64,000 nucleotides of DNA. Source: Candidatus Hydrogenedentota bacterium. Lineage in GTDB: Bacteria; Hydrogenedentota; Hydrogenedentia; Hydrogenedentales; CAITNO01. A program made the position numbers and the translations under genes. A model generated the notes under the pieces. It saw only the letters and a list, made by a program, of their open reading frames with translations, was not told where the DNA came from and did no database searches. This document shows, in pieces, positions 56,794-64,000 of this stretch (positions are counted from its first letter, which is position 1; every line of letters starts with the position of its first letter). The stretch is taken from contig CAITNO010000046.1 in assembly GCA_903893795.1 (NCBI GenBank), positions 3,807 through 67,806 on the forward strand, written 5' to 3'.

Positions 56794-56895
56794 AAAGTCA
56801 ATTCAGACGTTTCGGGTTACCAATACCCGCGGCGTGTCTCAGGTTCCTTGGGGCGACCTCCTTTCCACCGTTTGAAACACTCCACAGATTCTACT

Positions 56896-58116
56896 TTAGA
56901 CCTCGTCCGGCAGTCCCATGAGGAACCGCCGAACCTGCTCCAGCGCGGCCACGCTTAGCCGCAACTGGCTCAGGGCGCCGTCCCCGTAATGGCCCAAAAC
57001 GAACTGCCGCATGCCGGCCGGACACAAAAAAGCGCCGACCGTGCGGCCTGCTCCAGGGTCAAAAACCAAGGCAAGCGCACAGGTAACTGAAAAGTCTAGC
57101 AACAGACGGCGTCCCATGTCAACCCCCTGCCGTCCAACAGAGCCCCCTCCCGGAGCGTCGTCATCGTCCGGTCCGGCGGGGATCCAGCGGGCCGTTTCGT
57201 CGGGCGCCAGCACGTAGCCACCCGCAAAGGAGACGGCGGGGAGGCAAAGCATGCGCTGGGCGATGGTGCCGCCGGTGGAGGTTTCGGCCACGGCCATGCG
57301 CCAGCCGCGCGCCTGAAGCAGTCCGTCCACCACGGACTCAATGGTGTCATTGTCGCGACCGAAGGCGATGCCGCCGAGCCGTTCTTGCACCTCCGCCTCG
57401 ACCGGGTCCATCAGTGCCTCGGCTGCCTCCGCCGTGTCGGCGCGGGCCGCGATGCGCACCACCACCCCGTCCGGCCCGGCCAGCAGGCCGACTGTTGGAT
57501 TGGCGCCGGACAGGATGAGGTCGCCCATCAGGGCGTCCACCCGCGACTCGCCGATGCCGCACACTTTGAGTGACCGGTACCGGAGCACCCCGGCAATGCC
57601 GAAGCGGTGCTTGAGCCAGGGGATGATCCGCTCGTCCAGCATGGGCTTCAATTCGTGGGGCACGCCGGGCATGCAGATGATGACGCCCCGCTCCGACGCG
57701 GCAATGAGACCGGGCGCCGTGCCGTGGGGGTTCTCGATGGCCTCGGCACCCCGCGGCAGCATGGCCTGGCGCTTGTTGTTCTCCGTGATGTTTCGGCCCA
57801 GACGGGAAAACCGGGCGAGGAGAATCTCGTAGAGTTCCGGATGGTACTCCAAAGGCCAGCCCAGCGCTTCGGCCACGCACTCGCGGGTAATGTCGTCCTC
57901 CGTTGGCCCCAGGCCGCCGCTGCATAGCACCACGTCCGCCCGGGCCAGCGCATCATTCAGCGCTCCCACAATCCGGGCCGGATTGTCGCCGACCGTCACC
58001 TTCTGATACAGGTTGATGCCGTTCTCGGCCAATTGCCGGCCCATGTAGGCGGCATTCGAGTCCGTTATCTGGCCCAGCAACAATTCCGTGCCTATCATGA
58101 GCAGTTCGCACCGCAT
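56896..58116 (-). CDS. cinA: CinA family protein (competence/damage-inducible protein A; MoCF-binding + PncC-like nicotinamide-nucleotide amidohydrolase domains)
   Basis: MRCELLMIGTELLLGQITDSNAAYM N-terminus and C-terminal CinA_C domain. ATG at 58116. Confidence 0.8.
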   Translation of the reverse strand: MRCELLMIGTELLLGQITDSNAAYMGRQLAENGINLYQKVTVGDNPARIVGALNDALARADVVLCSGGLGPTEDDITRECVAEALGWPLEYHPELYEILLARFSRLGRNITENNKRQAMLPRGAEAIENPHGTAPGLIAASERGVIICMPGVPHELKPMLDERIIPWLKHRFGIAGVLRYRSLKVCGIGESRVDALMGDLILSGANPTVGLLAGPDGVVVRIAARADTAEAAEALMDPVEAEVQERLGGIAFGRDNDTIESVVDGLLQARGWRMAVAETSTGGTIAQRMLCLPAVSFAGGYVLAPDETARWIPAGPDDDDAPGGGSVGRQGVDMGRRLLLDFSVTCALALVFDPGAGRTVGAFLCPAGMRQFVLGHYGDGALSQLRLSVAALEQVRRFLMGLPDEV

Positions 58117-58677
58117 GGGAGGATTCCTTTCCGTTCTGCTGATGAGTGAATATAGCAGGAATCCGCCGGGCGCAGCCACCGCCGGTCACCGGGAACGCAG
58201 GGCGGGAAGGGGGCTTTTGGCCGCAATCGACGGGGTTCCCCCGGCGTCAGAAATATTTTTCCGCAGGTTGAAATAAAACCCCGGGCACCGTCGTTTATTA
58301 CATCATGCGACGACGGAGAACAGAGACTCCGGAGACGACGGGAAAGTTAGAAGAAGAAGCCGAAACGAACTGCACGGCGGATGTCATCCAGGAAAAGCTC
58401 CCGGATCGTTATCCAAACGGAAGCAGAAAAAGTTTAAGAACGAACCAACCGCGTGGGACAGAACACGCGATACTAAAGTTTGACCTCCCCCTCCCCCTTG
58501 ACCGAGTCTGGTCCGTGCACCCTCCTACCCCCTACCCAGCACGGGCCAGACAATTTTTTTGTCTAGACATAATTTCTGTGCTCTTGCACCCGTGGTGTCC
58601 ACGAAAAGCCCAAATTATAGGTGGACAGAACTGTGAGGGCGGTTAAAAGTGCGCAAGGTGCAAGTAAAAACCGGCAA

Positions 58678-59769
58678 TTACGCTCGGTCCAGGGGCTGGA
58701 CGGGTTCCTCAAAATAGCGCTGCAGGGCCGGGGGCAGATCGTGCCAATCGGCACCTGCACCCAATGCGGCGGTGTCGCGACTGTTGTGGGTGTTCCAGAA
58801 AAGGATTCGTTTCCCACGCAGAGTTCCCGCCGCGGCGTCATGGAGCAACGCGGCGAAGGTCTTGCCGGTGTAAGTGCCTTCCAGGTGAACGCCGACTGCC
58901 TTTGCGCGGCGCACCGCGTCCACGGACGCTTCGGTGTGCAGCGCATACTCGCCCCCGAAGAATTCCTCCCGAATCCGGAAGCGGTCCTCGGGGAAAGGGT
59001 ATTCGGGGAAAGTGGGGTCGGCTTCCCGCAGAAGCCGGTTGCAGGTTTGGAAGAGGGCGCGGGCGTGGGCCATGCCGGTGTAGGGGTCGGTGGTCACCCG
59101 CACCGCCTCGACGCGGGTGGACAGGCCCGCCGCAACCAGTCCCAGCGCCAGCCCGACGCAGGTGCCCATGGTCCCGGACGCGACATATATATAATGGGGT
59201 TCCTGCACGATTCCCGCCAGGACTTGGTCCCGCAGCTCGAAAGCGGCGTCCACAAATCCCACCGCACCCAGGGGCGAAGACCCGCCCGGCGGAATGACAG
59301 ACGGGAAGACACCGTCCTCGTCCGCCGCTGCCAGGAAGCACCGGCGCGTTTCGCGCGCCGTGTCGCGCCAGGCGCTGGGACAGAGGATGGCCCCTGCGTT
59401 CAGCGCCGCCAGCAGGTTGCGGCGGACCGAGTGGGCATTGTGCTGCGGACCCAGTATGCTTCTGCAGCGCATGCCCAACGGGGCTGCGAAAAGGGCTGTG
59501 GCCAGGGCATGATTCGACCCGGCCCCGCCGAAGGTGATAACCGACCGCGCGCCGCGCGCCCGGGCGGCGCCCAGCAGCAGGGACAGCTTGCGCACCTTGT
59601 TCCCGCCATAGACCGGGGAGGTCAGGTCGTCGCGCTTCACATGAATCGATTCGGCCCCTGACTCCGCGCGGAAGGATTCCAGCGGGTCCACAGGCGTGGG
59701 GACTTCGGCGATATCAACGCAGGGCAATGCGCCGCGCAATGCCGGGTATGCTGTAAAGAGGCTGTTCAT
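58678..59769 (-). CDS. 1-aminocyclopropane-1-carboxylate deaminase/D-cysteine desulfhydrase family PLP enzyme
   Basis: PLP-lysine region KRDDLTSPVYGGNKVRKL and fold-type II beta-family motifs (GGAGSNH). Confidence 0.7.
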   Translation of the reverse strand: MNSLFTAYPALRGALPCVDIAEVPTPVDPLESFRAESGAESIHVKRDDLTSPVYGGNKVRKLSLLLGAARARGARSVITFGGAGSNHALATALFAAPLGMRCRSILGPQHNAHSVRRNLLAALNAGAILCPSAWRDTARETRRCFLAAADEDGVFPSVIPPGGSSPLGAVGFVDAAFELRDQVLAGIVQEPHYIYVASGTMGTCVGLALGLVAAGLSTRVEAVRVTTDPYTGMAHARALFQTCNRLLREADPTFPEYPFPEDRFRIREEFFGGEYALHTEASVDAVRRAKAVGVHLEGTYTGKTFAALLHDAAAGTLRGKRILFWNTHNSRDTAALGAGADWHDLPPALQRYFEEPVQPLDRA

Positions 59770-59883
59770 AGGATGCTCCCAACTGCGCCATTCTACACGA
59801 TTAGGCTCAGCGGAAGTGCGGATTCATCCGGGTGGGCATGCCCTGAAGTGGGGGAAAGGCAACTTGCCTTGCACGGCACCCCG

Positions 59884-60306
59884 TCATTTTAGGTTGAGCA
59901 TTTTTTCCCGGCACCTGCCCAGGATACGGTCCAGGGAGACCGGATTGTCCTTGGCGGAAAGGTATATGCCGACCACGGCCATCAGCACGTAGGTCAGGTT
60001 GGTGCCGACCACCGCGTGCTGCTGCTGCACCATCATGCCAAAGGCCAATGAGACGAGCAGCAGTCCGCTGCCAAAGAACGCCCAACGCGTACACAGGCCC
60101 AGAAGTAGCAGGGCGCCCACGGTGATTTCGACAAAGGGAAGCACATGCACATAGGGTCCCACCATGCAGGCCGGGAGCCAAGTGTTGGCGAAGCTCTCCT
60201 GCATCTTTTGCGCGACACCGCTGACTCCGCCGGGGGCCAGAAACTTGCCCAGCCCGGCAACAAAAAACAGTATCCCGAGGGAAAGCCGCATCAGCAGGGC
60301 ACCCAT
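59884..60306 (-). CDS. DoxX family membrane protein
   Basis: Four TM helices with DoxX-like pattern (LMRLSLGILFFVAGLGKF…). Start at 60306 or 60348. Confidence 0.55.
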   Translation of the reverse strand: MGALLMRLSLGILFFVAGLGKFLAPGGVSGVAQKMQESFANTWLPACMVGPYVHVLPFVEITVGALLLLGLCTRWAFFGSGLLLVSLAFGMMVQQQHAVVGTNLTYVLMAVVGIYLSAKDNPVSLDRILGRCREKMLNLK

Positions 60307-60533
60307 GCCTTCCGGGGAAAGGGTGCAGCATTCACAGTTCGTCTTCATCGAAAATCTCCGCTTGTTTCAAATGTTTCTTCATAAGTCACTGTCCTGTAAA
60401 CCCCCGTTGGATGGTGTCTTATGCCCCTGGGGCCATATTTGGTTGTCTGCACTGAAAACGGGTTCCCTGAAAGCGCCGCGCCGGAAGGTTCCGCGGCTTT
60501 GGCGGAATGCAGGGAAATTGGGTAGAATGAGCC

Positions 60534-63527
60534 ATGTTTACCGACAAGCATTGCATCAGCAGGGTGTGTTTCGCGGTTTCCGCCGTTGTCGTACTTGCGC
60601 TTCTGCCTGCCCGCAGCGCGCCCGGTGCGTCCAACGTCCCGGATCTTTCCCTGCCGGTCACGGCTTCTTCGGTGTTCGGCGAGCCGAACCTCCCCGAATA
60701 TGCCTTCGACGATAACCCCAAGACCCGCTGGGCCAGCGAATACAATGTTTCGGAAGTCTGGCTTCAGGCCGACTTGGGCAAGAAGACCCGCATCAGGAAC
60801 CTGACCATTATCTGGGAGGCAGCCTTCGCCCTGGACTACGAGGTGTTGGTTTCCAATGACGGTGCCAAGTGGACGTCCATACACCACCAGACCGAGGGCA
60901 AGGGGGGCGAGGAAAGGCTCAGCGGCCTTTCCGGCAAGGGCCGCTATCTGAGAATCCTGTGCCACCGGCCCGGCCCGCACCCGCTCTATTCCATTTGGGA
61001 GATACGCTCGGACGACAAAAAGCTTACCGAAGCCTTTGACGGGGTGCGCGGCCGAATCAAGGCCGCCCGCGAGGAGGCTGTCCGTGCGGCCCGCGAACAG
61101 CTTCGGCGCAGTCTGGGCGAGGCAGGCGCAAACGAGATCGTTTTTGCCACCCGACCGCTCTATCCGGACGGCCACTGGTACGCCAACATCAGCTACTATG
61201 CGCAGGACGAAAACGCCAAGACCTACGTGAAGGGTGGCGGCCTATACAAACTCAATGCGGCGACAGGGGCGGTGACGCCGCTCGTGGAAGACGCCGAAGG
61301 CACCCTGCGCGACCCGGCCGTCCACTATGACGGACACACCATCCTGTTTTCCTGGCGCAAAGGCGGCACCGAATCTTTCCATTTGTACACCATTGACGCG
61401 GACGGCTTGGGGTTGAAACAGCTCACTTTCGGCGAATATGACGACATCGAGCCTGCCTGGCTGCCCGACGGCGGCATTGCGTTTGTGTCGAGCCGCTGCC
61501 GGCGCTGGGTGAACTGCTGGCTCACGCAGGTGGCCATTGTGCACCGGTGTAATGCGGACGGGACCGGCATCACGCCCATTTCGGCCAATCTGGAGCAGGA
61601 CAACACGCCCTGGCCCATGAACGACGGGCGCATTTTGTACACCCGCTGGGAGTATGTGGATCGCAGCCAGGTGGACTATCACCATTTGTGGGCCATGAAC
61701 CCCGACGGCACGGGGCAGATGGTCCACTTTGGCAACATGCACCCCGGCGGCGTGTTCATCGACGCCAAGTCGGTGCCGGGCACAGACGAGGTGCTGTTCA
61801 TCAACTCGCCCGGCCACGGCGCAAAAGAGCATGCCGGCATGGTGGCGCTGGTCAACGTGAAGCGGGGACCGGATGAATTGCCCGCGATTCACAATCTCAC
61901 TGAAGCCGGTTACCGCGACCCTTATCCCGTTTCCCGGGACGTGTTTCTTGCCGCGCGGGGCAGGGAGATCCGTCTGCTCGATCGCATGGGCACCGACACC
62001 TGCGTGTACACCCTGCCCAATTCTCCGGCCAAGCTGGAGGTGCACGAACCGCGTCCGCTGGTGCCCCACCCCCTGGAACCGGTCATCCCGACGCATGTGG
62101 ACCGCACCCGGAGCACCGGAAGACTGGTGCTCTCCGACGTGAACACCGGGCGGAACATGGGCGGCGTCGCACCGGGCGACATCAAGAAACTTCTGGTGGT
62201 CGAATCGCTGCCCAAACCGATCAACTACACGGGCGGCATGGACCCGCTGAGCTATGGCGGGACCTTTACGCTGGAACGGGTGCTCGGCACGGTGCCCGTG
62301 GAGGCGGACGGTTCAGCCTATCTGGAGGTGCCCGCCAACCGGGAGCTGTTCTTTGTGGCGCTGGACGGCCAGGACAACTCGGTGAAGCGCATGCAGAGTT
62401 TCCTTAGCGTCATGCCCGGTGAAACGCTGAGCTGTGTCGGCTGCCATGAACCGCGCACCACGGCGGGGCGCAGTGCCAAAGGGGCGCAGTTGAAGGCCCT
62501 TGGCCGGGAGGCCAGCCCCATTGAGCCGATTGCGGACATGCCTGAAGTGTTCGATTTCCCCCGGGACATTCAGCCCATCCTGGACAAGCACTGCCTGTCC
62601 TGCCATGACTACGAATCGCACAAAGGGGCGGCTTTCGGTCCCCGGGCGGGCGGCATCATCCTCAGCGGCGACCACGGCCCCATGTTCTCGCACAGCTATG
62701 CGGCGCTTACGGCGCACCACCAGATTGTGGACGGCCGCGACCTGGCCAAGAGCAACCTTTCCCCCCGCAGCATCGGGGCGACGGCCAGTCCGCTGATGCA
62801 GAAAATCGGCGGGCAGCATCACGGCGTCAAGCTTTCACTGCGGGAAACGGCCATGATCCGGTACTGGATTGAGACCGGGGCAACCTATCCGGGCACCTAT
62901 GCCGCGCTGGGCTCGGGGTGCGTCGGCGGCTACGCGGCAAACCAGGTCACCGGCAACGATGCCGACTGGCCCGAAACCAAGGCGGCGGCGGAGGTGATGG
63001 ACACCCGTTGTGCCGCCTGCCACCAGGACACGAAGAGCCTGCCCAAGGCAATCTCTGATGAAAACGGCCTTTCCTTCTGGCGTCCCGACGACTGGAACGA
63101 CCCGCGCCTGCTGCGCAGCCGTCATCTTATGTTCAACCTAACCCGGCCTGAACGGTCGATGATTCTGCTGGCGCCGCTGTCTGAAAAGGTTGGCGGCTAC
63201 GGCATCTGCCGCTACAAGGACCCTTCGGGAAACGAATTGCCTTTTTTCCAGTCCAAGGATGACCCGGACTACCAGAAGCTGCTGGCCCTGTGCGCCGCGG
63301 GAAAGAGACAACTGGACGAATTGAAGCGTTTCGACATGAAGGGATTTCAGCCACCCCTGCCCTATATCCGGGAAATGAAGCGGTACAAAGTCCTTCCAGA
63401 CAGCTTCGATCCTGCCGCTCCGCTTGATTTCTACCAGACAGACCGGGACTACTGGCGTTCATTCGAGACGCAGCATGCCTTGGAACACCCGGCCTATGCT
63501 TCGGGTCCCAATCAACCCAAACCCTAA
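60534..63527 (+). CDS. Large secreted protein: F5/8 type C (discoidin) domain + TolB-like beta-propeller + C-terminal region with three CxxCH motifs (PSCyt-like)
   Basis: Signal peptide. Discoidin signature (NPKTRWAS…VWLQADLG). Propeller-like blades (HYDGHTILFSW, FHLYTIDADG). CVGCH, CLSCH and CAACH motifs. Confidence 0.6.
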   Translation: MFTDKHCISRVCFAVSAVVVLALLPARSAPGASNVPDLSLPVTASSVFGEPNLPEYAFDDNPKTRWASEYNVSEVWLQADLGKKTRIRNLTIIWEAAFALDYEVLVSNDGAKWTSIHHQTEGKGGEERLSGLSGKGRYLRILCHRPGPHPLYSIWEIRSDDKKLTEAFDGVRGRIKAAREEAVRAAREQLRRSLGEAGANEIVFATRPLYPDGHWYANISYYAQDENAKTYVKGGGLYKLNAATGAVTPLVEDAEGTLRDPAVHYDGHTILFSWRKGGTESFHLYTIDADGLGLKQLTFGEYDDIEPAWLPDGGIAFVSSRCRRWVNCWLTQVAIVHRCNADGTGITPISANLEQDNTPWPMNDGRILYTRWEYVDRSQVDYHHLWAMNPDGTGQMVHFGNMHPGGVFIDAKSVPGTDEVLFINSPGHGAKEHAGMVALVNVKRGPDELPAIHNLTEAGYRDPYPVSRDVFLAARGREIRLLDRMGTDTCVYTLPNSPAKLEVHEPRPLVPHPLEPVIPTHVDRTRSTGRLVLSDVNTGRNMGGVAPGDIKKLLVVESLPKPINYTGGMDPLSYGGTFTLERVLGTVPVEADGSAYLEVPANRELFFVALDGQDNSVKRMQSFLSVMPGETLSCVGCHEPRTTAGRSAKGAQLKALGREASPIEPIADMPEVFDFPRDIQPILDKHCLSCHDYESHKGAAFGPRAGGIILSGDHGPMFSHSYAALTAHHQIVDGRDLAKSNLSPRSIGATASPLMQKIGGQHHGVKLSLRETAMIRYWIETGATYPGTYAALGSGCVGGYAANQVTGNDADWPETKAAAEVMDTRCAACHQDTKSLPKAISDENGLSFWRPDDWNDPRLLRSRHLMFNLTRPERSMILLAPLSEKVGGYGICRYKDPSGNELPFFQSKDDPDYQKLLALCAAGKRQLDELKRFDMKGFQPPLPYIREMKRYKVLPDSFDPAAPLDFYQTDRDYWRSFETQHALEHPAYASGPNQPKP

Positions 63528-63552
63528 CAGGCGTGTCGGGATTTTGTTCTCC

Positions 63553-64000
63553 TCAGTCGCAGTCCAGCACCTCCCGGACCTTCTCGGCAACCTGCCTTGT
63601 GGAGAAGGGTTTCTGGATATAATGCACCCCCTCGTCTAGTATGCCGTGGTGGGCGATGACATCGGCGGTGTAGCCGGACATAAACAGCACCTTCAACTTG
63701 GGATGGCGGGCGAGCAGTGTCTCGGCCAGTTCCCGGCCGTTCATATCGGGCATGACCACATCGGTCATGAGGAGGTCAATCCGGGCGGCATGGGTTTCGG
63801 CCAGGTGGAGTGCCTCGCCGGCCGCTGCGGCCGCCAGGACGGTGTAGCCCCGACGCTCAAGCATCACGGCGGCCATTTTCAGTATGCCCGGTTCGTCCTC
63901 CACCAGCAGAATGGTTTCGCAGCCCGGTGCGGGCGGCTTTGGTGAAACCACTTTTTGGACCTGTTCCGGCCCGCCCGTGTATTCTGGCAGGTAAATCTTG
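63553..64000 (-). CDS. Response-regulator receiver (REC) domain, C-terminal end of a hybrid sensor kinase continuing beyond the window
   Basis: ILLVEDEPG…D…LMTDVVMPDMNG…K REC motifs. The reading frame stays open upstream of the annotated GTG to the window edge. Confidence 0.6.
   Translation of the reverse strand, partial: KIYLPEYTGGPEQVQKVVSPKPPAPGCETILLVEDEPGILKMAAVMLERRGYTVLAAAAAGEALHLAETHAARIDLLMTDVVMPDMNGRELAETLLARHPKLKVLFMSGYTADVIAHHGILDEGVHYIQKPFSTRQVAEKVREVLDCD

Noticed and set aside
58305-58646. 113-aa plus-strand ORF in the cinA/ACC-deaminase intergenic region
   Set aside because: Highly charged, low-complexity translation (RRRRTETPETTGKLEEEAE…) and no RBS. The region is more plausibly non-coding or an sRNA.

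Overview
High-GC (~65%) bacterial chromosomal segment. The PSCyt-like CxxCH protein, sialate O-acetylesterase, Tat-signal oxidoreductase and GH beta-propeller suggest a Planctomycetes-Verrucomicrobia-type or Kiritimatiellae-like organism; this placement is tentative. The window opens with the 3' end of a 23S rRNA and a complete 5S rRNA with terminator. It then carries about 60 protein genes. These include ald, a double-hotdog MaoC dehydratase, and an isolated rplJ-rplL pair that keeps its leader attenuator but is detached from rplKA and rpoBC. A minus-strand glycan-assembly cluster follows: GT1, a WecA-like phosphoglycosyl transferase, and an O-antigen-ligase/TPR fusion, with a divergent PIG-L deacetylase and downstream pepP and efp. 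Further along are a PiT phosphate transporter with its PhoU-like partner, xerC/D, a sialate O-acetylesterase, a NagB-like deaminase, an RmlD-like reductase, an Amidase_3 next to a large ATP-cone protein, and a flotillin. Other recognisable genes are thiL, an Nnr dehydratase domain, a FadL-like outer membrane protein, a CsgG/LpoB-like lipoprotein, cysE, pgsA, alr, a YacP NYN protein, a PHB-depolymerase-like esterase, CinA, an ACC-deaminase-family enzyme, a 997-aa secreted discoidin/beta-propeller protein with three CxxCH motifs, and the 3' end of a hybrid sensor kinase (REC domain). The most unusual region is a low-GC (~42-45%) island at 33.0-35.1 kb. It sits between the flotillin gene and a histone-H1-like gene and encodes a Cys-rich Zn-ribbon protein plus an HNH nuclease, a candidate horizontally acquired defence cassette. 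Other points of interest are an AbiEii-like nucleotidyltransferase with a wHTH partner, a PIN toxin with an overlapping downstream small ORF, an in-frame TGA splitting one gene, several families of short repeated hairpin elements, and a CysE with a Cys-rich tail. Many long ORFs in the six-frame track are antisense artefacts of the high GC content and were rejected.
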